In this document: one piece after another, positions 36,708-49,533 of the stretch | How positions within the stretch are numbered: position 1 is the stretch's first letter | How the letters are laid out: each line of letters starts with the position of its first letter | DNA from: Octopus vulgaris | Lineage: Eukaryota | Length of the DNA stretch: 64,000 nucleotides | Reading direction: 5' to 3' | Assembly: GCA_951406725.2 (NCBI GenBank) | Contig: OX597830.1 | Span: 31,558,001 to 31,622,000 of the forward strand | The notes under the pieces: generated by a model | The model's database searches: none | Seen by the model: the letters and a program-made list of their open reading frames with translations, nothing else | Told to the model about the DNA's origin: nothing | Made by a program: the position numbers and the translations under genes

Positions 36708-38284
36708 CACTGTACATAATCTAACACTAATATTTGCTCACATCTCATAATGCCCTGCCATCCTCAGATATTAAGCAAGGATTGCTAAGCCCCTACTTCT
36801 TTCCTTACACTGAACTTACTGCTGCCAATCCCTTAATTTCTGTATAGAATCCACAACCAACGAATCACCCTCTTCTCAACCTAGAATTTCCCTGCAAATC
36901 TTCCGACTATACACAACACCTAAACCATTGTTGCAATGCAGAATTCATCGCTAGACTAAAGGGCATTCGATATTTAATTAACCACTCTAAATAAAACAAG
37001 CTTCTGTTTGCTTATGGTGATTGGACAACACCACTACTCTTATTATTATTATTATCATTATTATTATTGTTATTATTATTATTATTATTGTTATTATTAT
37101 TATTACAGTTATTGTCCCTATTTGTTTTTGTGCACAGTCCTCATGGCCAATAAAGAAATTATTTTCATTATTATTATTATCATTAATAATGTTGTTGTTG
37201 ATGATGACGATGGTGTCCTTGCTGATGTTATTGTCGTTGTTGTTATAATTTGTTTTGTTTTGTTTTGTCATGTTTTTATTTTTGACTCTTACACCACAAG
37301 CCATCAAGCCTGCCTGCTACAAAACAATTAAAACAAACAATAAATATTGAAAATAAAAACCGGAGCGATTATTTATACCAAAACAACAACCAAAGCGCTA
37401 TCAATCCGAACCAATCAAAAGAATTTTGTATATCACTTTAATATCTTCAGTTGTTGTGTAAAGAAACTTCTTCTCCTGGTTGTCAAGGCGACACCAAGAA
37501 GAAAACTAAGAAATAACACACACACACGTATGTACACACACACACACACGCACACACATGCATACACATATACACGCACACACAAATACACACATACTCA
37601 TATATGTATGCAAACAAACACTTACACGTTCGTAGAATAAAACTTGTAATTCAAACAAACTAAGAAAAAAACAAAACAGCGGTAAGAAACAAACAAAAGA
37701 ATACTAAATAAGCCGCAAAAATAATAACAAAATAATACAAAATATTCAGTAAGACCGAAGTAAAAGGAAGCAGAAAGAACAAACATATATTGAAGAAATG
37801 AATTTTTCTGTTTGTATGACGCGTTTAATATATGCTTGTCACATAATGGAGGGCATATATCGATTCCTTCCACTGGCACAAGGTTACATATATTGTACGG
37901 TTAACGATATATGTATATAATTGATTGGAATTGATCCGACTATATAGCCGTACTCTTCACAATGATGACGGCGACAACGAAGATGATGATGAGTGTGATG
38001 ATGATGATGATGGTGGTGCTGTTGTTGGTGCTCGTACATGTTTCATTCATTAGTTAAATAAAAAAAAAATAAATGATGGAAGACGTTGATCCATTCCATA
38101 AACAAAAATGCAGAGTTGGAACCCAGAGAATGTATATCTTCAGAGCAGATCTTTTGCACACTGATATCTGGGTTTTTTTTTGTTATTGTTTTAATCTTTT
38201 AATCTTTTCAAGACTGATTAAATACTCAATGATGATGATGATGATAATAAAAATAATAATAATAATTATAATAATAATAATAAT

Positions 38285-38544
38285 AATCCTTTCTACTAAA
38301 GGCACAAAGTCTGAAATTTGGTGGAAGGGGACTAATCGGTTAGATGCCCCCCCCCCCAATCCCGTGTTTCACTGGTGCTTTATCTATTGACCCCAAAAGG
38401 ATGAAAGGCAAAGTTGACCTCGGAGGAATTTGAACTCAGAATGTAAAGACAGATGAACTGCCGCCAAGCATTTTGCCTCATGTGCTGACAATTCTAATAG
38501 CTCACTACCTATTTAATAATATAATAATAATGATAATAATAATA

Positions 38545-38596
<52 letters not shown>

Positions 38597-38816
38597 GGAT
38601 GATGATGATTATAATAATAACGGGTTCCAAATTTTGGTACAAGGCCTGTAACTCCTGCGGAGGAGGTAAGTTGTTTACACCAACCCCAGTGCCCAACTGG
38701 CACTTATCTATCATCTCTGAAAGGATAAAATACAATGTTAACCTTTGTGGAATTTGAACTCAGAACATAAAGACACACAAAATGCCCCTAAGCATTTTGT
38801 CCAACATACTAACAAT
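38285..38816 (-). mobile_element. Two family A SINEs (38285-38510, 38620-38816) with different tails
   Basis: Both show GGAT.AAA..GGAATTTGAACTCAGAA..AAGCATTTTG; tails AATCCTTTCTACTAAAGGCACAAAG and TTCCAAATTTTGGTACAAGGCC. Confidence 0.8.
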
Positions 38817-38829
38817 TATTACTATTATT

Positions 38830-39860
38830 ATTCAGTAGTCTTATTTCTATCATGTGCTTTCACTGCATTACTGAGTACAGATCTGTGTGCCTTGGGTATG
38901 TGCTGTGCCTAGTAGTGCTATTTTCTGTATGTTATATATACTTGTAAGTCCTGGCAATTTTGTTATGTATTTGTCTGAATGTTTTTTCTTCATACATAAT
39001 GCACCAACTATATTAGGAATTGTTTCTGTTTTTAGGCTCCACATTCGAGTTACCTTTATTTCCAAATCTTTGTATTTTCAAAGTTTCTCTGTTTCTTTTA
39101 TAGAAATGTCATCTGTTGGCATTGATGCATCAATTAGAAAACATCTTTCTTGGTGATCTCTGACAACTATATCTGGTCTATTAGCCTTGATATCTATATC
39201 TGTGTGTATTGGCATATCCCAGAGTATGGTTGCTTTCTCATTTTCTGTGACCTTTTCTGGGGTCTGCCTATACCATCTGTTTTCTGTTGTTATTCCATTG
39301 TGTTGGCATAGCTTCCAGTGTATATAGGTTCCAACTCTGTTGTATTTGCGAATATATTCCTTCTTTGCCAATATTGGGAAGCCAGAGAAATATGGCTTAT
39401 TGTTTTTTCTCCATCACCACATATTCTGCAGTTACTTGTATTTCTCTTTATTATATGTTCTTGGAGATTTCTGAGGAGAAGGCTTCTTAGCCATTGTTCG
39501 GATTTTGCTTTGGCTTTTCTTGCCATAGTTTTATCATGATCCATTGCTGTTCCAGTTTTAGTTCGAATTTCATTTGTTTTACAGCTTTTGTTGTTTCTTC
39601 TTTTTCTTCATAGTTGTTAGGTACTATGACTTCTGTTTTGTATTTGTCAGCTTCCTTAAAGACAGAAAACAGTTTTTTGTTTTGTTCATGTTTTGTGGTT
39701 ATTTGTATTAGTTTCCTTGCTTCTGAAGTAGGTGTTTCTGTAATCTTATGGTGGTTATTTTATAATAGTTTTCTAGCTGTATAAAGGCCTCTTTCACCTT
39801 CATCAATACATTGTATGTGTAACCTTTCTATGTCAGACGTCGGGTGGTGCATGATTCCTG
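38830..39860 (-). pseudogene. Decayed Dong-type element 3' part
   Basis: CRICGDGEKTISHI, YIHWKLCQ, TILWDMPIHTDIDIKANRPDIVV and MWSLKTETIP..IQKIALLGTAH in the track ORFs; (TTA)n on both flanks. Confidence 0.88.
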
Positions 39861-40463
<603 letters not shown>

Positions 40464-40477
40464 TATTATTATAATTA

Positions 40478-40508
<31 letters not shown>

Positions 40509-40515
40509 AATTATT

Positions 40516-40547
<32 letters not shown>

Positions 40548-40611
40548 TATTATTATTATTATTATTTATATTATTATCCATATTATCGTCATCATTATTA
40601 TTATCATTATT

Positions 40612-40800
40612 ATTTGATGTCCATTTTTCCGTATTGGCAAGTGTTGGACAGTTTGACTGGATCCAGCAGGTGTGCCACAGGGCAGCACTTTGCCCCAGTG
40701 GTCTGCCTTGATATGGTTTTTTTTATAGTTGGATGCCCTTGCAAACACCAACCAATTTACAATATATCCTTGGTACTTTTTTTTTTTACATACCACTGAC
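40612..40800 (-). mobile_element. Decayed family C (RTE-like) 3' end
   Basis: GTCCATTTTTCCGTATTGGCAAGTGTTGGACAG..GTTGGATGCCCTTGCAAACACCAACC. Confidence 0.6.
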
Positions 40801-41375
40801 ATTAGATAGTTTTCCAAGTAAAGTGAAGAAAATACAGGAAAAGAGTTTAAAAGAAAAGCCCCTGCTATTAATTGAGAAGAGTATTTGAGAAGGGAAGGCT
40901 GCATCATACGAAAATGTTCAAAGGATAAAGTATGATTGAGATGACAAGCACTGATATCTTGCTACAGAGAAGATGCATGTCTGCTTAATATGTTACAGGG
41001 GTAGGTAGGAGTAACTGGAGTACCTGGAGAGAAGATAGAGACAGGTTTTGATGGAGTGAACTCTAAAGGTACAAGGAGGGGAGCATTAGAGAGGAAACAG
41101 GCAGTGGGTCAGAGAGGAGAGAAGCGAGTGGGTACCATTAGAAGAGTGTGAGGAGTGAGTAACAGATGGTTAGAGATTGAAGGTAGGGGTAGTGATTGAC
41201 AAATTAGGGTGGGGGTTACAATTGAAATATCAGTATGGATAGATAGATAGAAGCTTCTCATGAAGGGAAAAATCAGGATGGGGGAGGGGGTTTAATATGC
41301 AAGGTGTAGGAGTGGTAATGAGGGAGATGTGTGTATATGTAGTATATATACATACACACACACACATATATATAT

Positions 41376-41438
<63 letters not shown>

Positions 41439-41879
41439 AGGAAACAATATGGAAAAATTATATAAAATAAAATTTTTCAAACCTGAAATCAGAGAAACCT
41501 GATCCAGGTGAGTCAAATATGATATTTTTGTCCATACGAAAAATCAAACAGAAGAAAAAAACACTTATAGCCACAAACCGCAAATCATTTTTTTATACAA
41601 GAGACTTGGAACAACATGTGGTTCCTAAGATTTCCTTGTTCTCTTCTATCGTTTTCCCTTTTGTTATATATGTTTAAATTAATTATATATGCCAAATTCA
41701 CCTTAAGAATATGTATACAATATCATTTCGGTTGAACTATGATACGAGAGCATTTGTTCTATGAAAATACTTCTTTTATAATTTTTAAAAAATTATTCAT
41801 ACATATAAACAAAGAATAAAATTATTCCCCTCTTATGTTAAAAATTTTAACTTGTCTTAATTACACAATATATATATAT

Positions 41880-42165
41880 ATCAAAATAAGCAGCAAGGAT
41901 ATCCAGAGGTAATGCAGTATGATCATTTCATGCAACTCGATTTAATTAAATTCTATGTCTTTGTGCAGCTGAAGATTGCTCTGCATTTTAAATTGATGTA
42001 ATGACTGCATTGTTCAATTAAATGGAGTTGCATGAAACGATCGTACTGCATTACCTCTGGATATCCTTGTTGCTTATTTTGATTTTAATCACCTTACTTT
42101 GAAGTTGTATGTATAATACTGTACTAAATTCGGTGCCTCAACTTAAGCATCATATACATCTGAAT
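41880..42165 (+). mobile_element. Penelope-like pseudo-LTR fragment with a 5' inverted duplication
   Basis: 41880-41948 is the reverse complement of 42016-42083. It encloses a hammerhead-like motif and sits between (TA)n and (TACA)n. Confidence 0.55.
41964..42050 (+). ncRNA. Type I hammerhead ribozyme-like motif (minimal Penelope type)
   Basis: Stem I TGCAG/CTGCA, core CTGAAGA (41969-41975), long imperfect stem II, GAAA (42034-42037), palindromic stem III ACGATCGT, cleavage triplet GTA (42043-42045). The stem II closing pair is a T-T mismatch. Confidence 0.65.
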
Positions 42166-42244
42166 ATATACATATATACATACATACATACATACATACA
42201 TACATACATACATACATACATACATACATACATACATACATACA

Positions 42245-42294
<50 letters not shown>

Positions 42295-42675
42295 ATTGAT
42301 AACCAAGTGGAGAGTAGAGATTTATTCACATCCAAAACTTTCTCATTAAAAAGTTTTCTACAGCATATATAACAATGACCAACATATGTTTCTGCTGCAG
42401 CAACTGCACATTGCTCTGTATGTAATTATGAATCCTAGTCACTGCAACTTCATCAAGGCTCCATCAGTCACAACATTTTCAGAGTGAACTAATTCAAACA
42501 AGTATCTTATGTTGGTATCCAGTTGAAGGGGATAGGGTTACTTTTAAAATCCAAATTGAATTCTGGTCTTATAATCACCTCTACTGGTATTACAGTTGAA
42601 GTGTGGTTTTAAAATGTTTATTCAGATTACAATGAATTGCTGCAGTTTTGTTCACGTTTTGCTGTATGAAGTACA

Positions 42676-43101
42676 TAGGGCTAGATTAAGACCCAATGAG
42701 GCCCTAAGCACTTAAAAGATTTTCATGCCTCCATAAAAGATTATCTAATTCAAAATATAAACAATAACAAACCATAAAATAAATTTTCATTTTTCAAAAC
42801 GAAACAAAACAGTAAGAGGGAAAATAATGTTTATTTTTGTATACTTCCACTTTATTTATATTTGAAAAGTTTCCTCCTACTTTCTTGAATTGCAAAGTCT
42901 TTGATCAATTCCTCAAAATTAATCTTAGGTAACACATCTGCATCTACACTTAGAAGAGACAAAGGCATCCCGAATATTATTTCAGCAAGTTTAAAGTGAT
43001 TTCTTTTGTGCCATAAACCATTTACTATTTCTGTGGTGCCTTCTCCTTACTTTGATGCCCTAGGCACATTTTTATTTTGCTTAATGGCTAATCCAGCAAT
43101 G
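42676..43101 (-). mobile_element. Internally deleted hAT DNA transposon
   Basis: TIR-like TAGGGCTAGATTA / TAATCCAGCAATG, 8-bp TSD GAAGTACA (42668-42675) / GAAGTGCA (43102-43109). Minus-strand LSLLSVDADVLPKINFEELIKDFAIQESRRKLF resembles the end of a hAT dimerisation domain. Confidence 0.8.
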
Positions 43102-43197
43102 GAAGTGCATTATTTATTCAGAGGTATTTCGCTTATTTTGGGTTTATACTTTCAATTAATATTGTTATTTCTCCTCCTCCTTCTCCTCCTCCTCGTT

Positions 43198-43302
43198 GTC
43201 GTTTAACATCCGCTTTCCATGCTAGCATGGGTTGGACGATTTGATTGAGGACTGGCAAACTAGATGGCTGCACCAGGCTCCAATCTGATCTGGCAGAGTT
43301 TT
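43198..43302 (-). mobile_element. Family C 3' end, truncated
   Basis: CGTTTAACATCCGCTTTCCATGCTAGCATGGGTTGGACG..CACCAGGCTCCAATCTGATCTGGCAG. Confidence 0.75.
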
Positions 43303-43826
43303 ATTTGCATAAATATCATTAATTATTACATGTATGTGAGTATGCACATATATAGATGTTTCTGTGTGCATGCATACGGGTATGTGCGTATATAGACGTG
43401 TTTTACTCTTATTGTTTATTTTTTAATATTTCCTTACACTTTCTGTATTGTTGCTCTTAGCCCTGTTTTTTTTTGTATTTGTGCATATATAGACGTAATT
43501 TTGAACCTTTGTGGTGTGTGCGTGTGTGCGTGGGATTGTATGTATATTTTTTTTTTGCAAATGGTGTGGGTGAGAATGTGTATGTTTTAAGTGAGGGTGG
43601 ATGAGTGTATACTTATAGGCGCATATACGTGCGTGTCCAGGTGCGCATGTGCAGATATGGACATGCGTGCATACGCGAATACTCTGAACTTTTTTACCCC
43701 CTTACATTTACTCCCTCCCTTCACTTAGCGATCATTCAAATATCTCTTTTGTCTTAATAATGGTCAATCACACAGTAATTTCCCTTTGTTTAATGGTCAT
43801 TTTCATAGCATTTTTTCCGATGGTCG

Positions 43827-43887
43827 GATAACTGAAGAGTTGGCGGCATGGATTCCCACCCCAACATCTGAAACTCAGAGTTTTATC
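43827..43887 (+). ncRNA. Second, degenerate hammerhead-like motif
   Basis: GATAA-CTGAAGA-GTTGG..CCAAC-atct-GAAA-CTCAGA-GTT-TTATC: stems I and II pair and stem III is the palindrome AACTC-A-GAGTT. Four extra bases precede GAAA. Confidence 0.45.
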
Positions 43888-43989
43888 ATGGCTATCAAAT
43901 AATTGTCACATATTACATTTACAGATAAATTCCTCTATTTACATAATATCGAGGTCTCTTTCATTCCTTTGTTGTCTTTCCATTTCTAT

Positions 43990-44015
<26 letters not shown>

Positions 44016-44031
<16 letters not shown>

Positions 44032-44384
44032 GGCAGTTTGTCTGTGTGTGTTTCTGTGTGTCTGTTAGGTTGTACCCTCACCCTGACCATGGCTTTCAAC
44101 CGATTCTGATGAAACTTGACACACACATAGCCCAATGTCATAATTCAAAACTAACGCAGGGAAAATTTTGAAAAGTTCCCCCAGTTCTGAAAAAAATCGA
44201 TAAATTCGACATGGGGTCGAGAATCAGAAACACAAACCACAGACTGTCTAGGGGACGCAACTCGACCTTTTTAACTAAAAAAAATTTACCATCATTTTTT
44301 TTCCATTTTTTGGCTATAACTCTCTAAAAATGCTTTATAGTTATTTCCCTTACAAACCCGAGCAACGCCGGGCGATACTGCTAG
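44016..44384 (+). mobile_element. Non-autonomous Helitron in (TA)n
   Basis: 5' TATATATAAACGGCAGTTTGTCTGTGTG..ACCGATTCTGATGAAACTTG; 3' GC-rich hairpin CCCGAGCAACGCCGGG followed by CTAG (44381-44384) and T. The 5' boundary inside (TA)n is uncertain. Confidence 0.8.
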
Positions 44385-44584
44385 TATATATATATATGTA
44401 TTTAACACTAGTTATTTTAACAAATCTACAGTTTTTAGTTACCACTTACTCCAACTAATTGTTAATAGAAACAGAATGCTATTGTGACAGCCTATTGTGA
44501 ACAAAATTTCAGAACATATATAAAAGCTTATAGATGTATGGCTCTATATGTATTTATCCATAACACACAAGCCTATCGTATACT

Positions 44585-44722
44585 TTTCTACTCTAGGCAC
44601 AAGGCCCAAAAATTTTGGGGAGGGGGGGGCAGTTGATTAGATCGACCCCAGTTTGCAACTGGTACTTAATTTATTGACCTCGAAAGGATGAAAGGCAAAT
44701 TTGACCTCGGTGGAATTTGAAT
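44585..44722 (-). mobile_element. Family A SINE 3' part
   Basis: TTTTCTACTCTAGGCACAAGGCCC..CGAAAGGATGAAAGGCAAA..GGAATTTGAA. Confidence 0.8.
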
Positions 44723-45782
44723 ATACGATTTAAATGATGATGATGAAGAGGATGGTATGAAACTATGATGACTTTTGGTTTGTAACTGATGAAGGGTAGC
44801 ATGTTTAAATGTTTTCTGTGCCTTTATCTTGTTTACCGTGTGTGCTTTTATTTTAATTCCATGCAACATTTTACTCTCCTTCCTTCTCTCTCTCTCCATC
44901 CCTCCCCTCTCTCCATACTCCTCTCTCTGTCTGTCTCTCTCTGTCTGTCTCTCTCTCTATATGTATGTTTATATATATATAAAAACGTTTATGATTTTAT
45001 GTATATAATAAATATATGCATCTATCTATCTATCTATCTATCTATCCCTTTCTCTCTCTCATATATGTGTGTGTGTAAGTATATATATATATATTATATA
45101 TATATGTGTATATATGTATGTGTATGTGTGTGTGTGTGTGTTTGTGCACATTTATGAAGCAGTGTTTGGGTAGTTCTTTGCTAAACCAAAAACCAATTAC
45201 ACCTGATACACCGATTGCTGCTTTCCTCTATCACATTTGGTTGATTTTAATAGAAATATATATTATATAGCAACCATAAATTACTTTTTTCTTCATTTTC
45301 CTCTTTTATTTTTTGTTTTGAACTTATCATCTATTTATTTACTTATTTATTTATCTATTTCTTGCTTGGTTTTCTATTGTTACCTTTATATATATACATA
45401 TATATATACATTTATACACACATATAGATATATATATATTTACATATATATGTATAATTTTTTGCTTATTTTATTTTATTTTATTTTATGAAAAATTTAT
45501 TTTTTTTCCTTAATTTGTTTTCAAAGAAATCTTTTGATTAATAGGTGAAACAAAACAACACAAAAATAAAATAAAATAAAATGAAATAAATATGAAATAA
45601 ATGAAAAGGAAATGTAAAGAAACAAGCAAATAAAATGGAAAAGAGATCGAATAATATTAAAAAGAAACAACACTGAAAATAGAAGAATAGAAATGTAATA
45701 AAATTGTAAAATCTTAAAAGATAACAAAAGGTATTTGGGTGCTAAAGGAAAACAATATACATACATACATATATCTATAGAC

Positions 45783-45829
<47 letters not shown>

Positions 45830-45852
45830 TAGATAGATAGATAGATATATCC

Positions 45853-45893
<41 letters not shown>

Positions 45894-45934
45894 TGTATGT
45901 ATATATGTATGTATATATGCATACACACACACAC

Positions 45935-45969
<35 letters not shown>

Positions 45970-46888
45970 AATGAATTCCTTATGTTTTGCACTCTCTCAC
46001 TCTTTCTCTCTCTCTTCTTCTCTCTGTCTCTCTCTGTCTGTCTCTCTTTCTCTCTCTCTGTCTCTCTCTTTCTCTTTCTCTCTGTCTCTCTCTTTCTCTT
46101 TCTATCTCTCTTTCTCTATCTCTCTTTCCCTTTCTCTTTCTCTCTCTCTCTTTATATGTATATATAAACACACATTATACTCACATGCATTTATATGTCT
46201 TTTTATGTGTGCATATGAGCATGTGTATGTGCATGTGCATGTGCATGTGTGCACATGTGTGTGTGTGTGTGTGTGTGTGTGAAGAGGAGACTCAAGACTG
46301 GTAATGCAAAGTCTAAAACCATCTTGCAATGCTCCATATAAAAGACTTTTGACCAAATAAGAAACAATACAAAATAAAGGTGAGTGAATGGTAGATGGCA
46401 GCTGATGACCATTGTTGCTGCTTCTGCCACAACTGCTGTTAACACTTCCACTGCCACTGCAGTACTTCTCTTTGAAGCTCTGAGTATCAACAGTGCAGAA
46501 ACAAACGGAATGCCTCAACCTTTGTGCTACCAGCACCAAATATGGAGTGTTGTGTCTTTTCTTTCTTCATAGACATTTCCTAATTACTCTGAGCTGCAAT
46601 TTCTCTCCATTGTTTTGCAGTAATGATGGAACTTGGAGAATGCTGGTGAATGTAGTGGTTAGAAATGGTGAACAAGTGTGAAAGGTGGTCAGAGATGGAT
46701 GTCCAGAAAAGTGGCTCAGGGGAGAGATTGTGACTGGCAGTACACAGAACAGCAGTATAATAATAGCAATACAGTAGATAGGAGAACAATGAGAGATACA
46801 CATAGATACACATTCACTGACATATACTTAATGTTCTATGTGATGTATTGTATATATAGTACACTGTAGTCAATTATTATTATTATCA

Positions 46889-46942
<54 letters not shown>

Positions 46943-47002
46943 CATCTTCATCATCATCATCATCATCATCATCATTATCATCATCATCATCATTATTATT
47001 AG

Positions 47003-47210
47003 GTAGCACGGCTCCTGTGCAGGTGGCACGTAAAAAGCACCCACTACACTCATGGAGTGGTTGGCATTAGGAAGGGCATCCAGCTGTAGAAACACTGCTA
47101 GATAAGACTGGAGCCTGGCGCAGCCTTCTGGCTTCCCAGATCCCCGGTCGAATCGTCCAACCCATGCTAGCATGGAGAACGGACGTTAAACGATGATGAT
47201 GATGATGATG
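47003..47210 (+). mobile_element. Family C (RTE-like) 3' UTR with (GAT)n tail
   Basis: Near-identical to 15820-16002; ends GGACGTTAAACGATGATGATG. Confidence 0.8.
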
Positions 47211-47545
47211 AGCGAGAGAGCAGTGCATGCCATCAAAGTGACACTAGGGTACAAATATACAAAGCCCAGTATACCCATCATAACTACCTATTTCTTTACT
47301 ACCCACAAGGGGCTAAACACAGAGAGGACAAACAAGGGCAGACAAACGGACTAAGTCGATTATATCAACTCCAGTGCGTAACTGGTTAAGGTCAAACAAC
47401 TAACAAGCAAATCTGTGGTATTGAGCAGAATATTTACTGTAGCCCATTTTTGATACCAAGACAAAATAATGTACATGATAACACTTCCAATCAGTTAAGA
47501 TCAGAAGCTATGAGAGCCACTAACTGGTACTGCATAAGGCCATTT
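47211..47545 (-). mobile_element. Family D element (both ends) with the interior replaced by a family A SINE tail (47289-47385)
   Basis: 47211-47288 is the reverse complement of about 4910-4988, and 47386-47440 matches about 27690-27800 in reverse. The inserted piece TATTTCTTTACTACCCACAAGGGG matches 25793 onward. Confidence 0.75.
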
Positions 47546-47558
47546 AATATTATTATTA

Positions 47559-47616
<58 letters not shown>

Positions 47617-47910
47617 GTTTTTTCCTTCTTTCTTCAAATCTTCTTCTGTTTCTCGCCGAGTGTTTTCCATACACCTAGGGCAGAGAAGCTCATTGTATGC
47701 ATTCCCAGGGTACACACGCAAATTCACAGATAAAATATGTATTTAAAAATTAATAAATAAAAATATTCATGGATGGATGTTGTTTTCACAGCGATAATGC
47801 TTTCTCAGTACATGAGCCATTCCAGTTAATACGATTTTTTGAACTTCCTGTAGGGATGATCAGTGCAAAAAAAATCGTATTAACTGGAACGGCTCATGTA
47901 CTGAGAAGAG
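47617..47910 (-). mobile_element. Dong 3' end with an inverted duplication at its 5' junction
   Basis: Minus-strand SLQEVQKIVLTGMAHVLRKALSL* plus UTR; 47862-47907 is an inverted copy of 47802-47845; (TTA)n on both flanks. Confidence 0.8.
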
Positions 47911-47912
47911 TA

Positions 47913-47977
<65 letters not shown>

Positions 47978-47984
47978 CATTATT

Positions 47985-48215
47985 TCGTTTATGCACAATA
48001 GAATAGACTATTGCAAAAAATTCCAATCTTCAGACTACAAGTAACCTAAGGTGTCAAGAATCTTCCTAAGTTTCCTAGCTGCCCCTAATAACTGTTTTTC
48101 GGAGCTGCACTAAATTAGGTTTTATACCCTATCCATCTGTTCAAATCTTTAGAAATAGCTCCTAATGAACCTATAACTACAGGCATACATTTTACCTGCA
48201 CTTTCCATAGCTGCT
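47985..48215 (-). pseudogene. Dong-type 3' end
   Basis: QQLWKVQVKCMPVVIGSLGAISKDLNRWI in track ORF 48115-48303; flanked by (TTA)n. Confidence 0.75.
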
Positions 48216-48233
48216 GTAGTATTATTATTATTA

Positions 48234-48300
<67 letters not shown>

Positions 48301-48479
48301 CATTTTTATTGTTATTATTTACATCAAGTGCTTCCTTTCTTGTACTCCCAACAATGGAAGCAATATCTTTGAAAACATATAAACAAATGAATATATTCAG
48401 GATTTAATATTTACTGTGTGACAACCTTCTAAACAACATACCCCCTTATCCTAATACTTATAGATAATTCTGAAACGTG

Positions 48480-49080
48480 CTTCTGTCTAACCATACAGAG
48501 ATCATCTGTCAATGTCGTTACAGAATTAGTTACGTATCATTCCAGCTGTACCAATTATAAATGGAAGAATGATGGACACATTTGTTAAATGCCATAATGT
48601 CTTTAATTCTGTAGTAGCTAAGCTAGTGCATAATTCTTTAGCTTTTCAAATTGCTTCTACATACAATGTTTAGGCCATTCATTATTGATATGTCAGTTAT
48701 TAACACATTATTGACATTTTCGTTGTGGAAAATGATGTCCAGTTTATGATGTACTCTTTCTTGTGGTTTATCTGCATGTGAAAGTTCCATAGGTTTCCAT
48801 GGGTTATCTCTGGATTACCGTTTTCTAAGACAGGTATAGTTTTATGTAAGTAACATATCCATAATTGTTTCATTAACGCATTAAAATTGCTTAGACTGTA
48901 ATAAGTGGAGCAATGTTTTGCTCTGGTTTTAATCATTCCATCCAGAAGGGAAGGCATTTCCCAAGACATATCACCCATTTACAGAATCTCCAAGACTAGG
49001 AGGTGGGAGTAGGGGAGGAAATTGTGCTCTGATCAAAGATCTGGTCGAAATACTTGCAACAAAGTGGATGCCACTGAAAG
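48480..49080 (-). pseudogene. Old RLE-type (Dong-like) remnant
   Basis: PVLENG..LWNFHMQINHK resembles PVLENDHISLLWNFTIQTDRK of the intact element. Confidence 0.5.
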
Positions 49081-49108
49081 AAACAAGGATATTATGAAGT
49101 GGCTTTAA

Positions 49109-49533
49109 TCCTTTTGATACCAACCCAGCTGAAACCGATTCTGGCTCTGTAATATAAATGTCTTGTTTTCATAAGTTTTGAATTAAAATCTTCCACCAAA
49201 CCTTAGTCACAATTAGTGCTCCTAACACTAGCTTCTTGATAACTAAGTTATTTTATCAAAATCTTTGTTATATTTAACCCTTTAGTGCTCGCATTATTCT
49301 ACCAAAATTAATGCTTCTTCATCCATATTGTTTTGAATTAATCATGCATTATCTTGTAGCTATGAGATTTTGATGAGGTAGCTGTTAATTTTTAAAACAA
49401 TATTGTGAGAGACCAAATCTGACCAGTTTGAACATAAAACAGGTAGAATATTTTTGGCCAGTTTAAATGCTAAAGGGTTAAGGTAATTGAAAGAAACACA
49501 GAGCATCTCAAAATAAATACAGTACTGAAAGGG
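49109..49533. mobile_element. piggyBac-type MITE (outer)
   Basis: TTAA (49105-49108)-TCCTTTTGATAC .. GTACTGAAAGGG-TTAA (49534-49537). Confidence 0.7.
49278..49477. mobile_element. piggyBac-type MITE nested in the former
   Basis: TTAA-CCCTTTAG .. CTAAAGGG-TTAA, with a TTAA TSD at 49274-49277 and 49478-49481. Confidence 0.85.

Noticed and set aside
44780-44830. CTGATGA motif (also CTGATGAAAC at about 44106)
   Set aside because: No downstream GAAA, stem III and NUH arrangement; the 44106 instance is part of the Helitron body.
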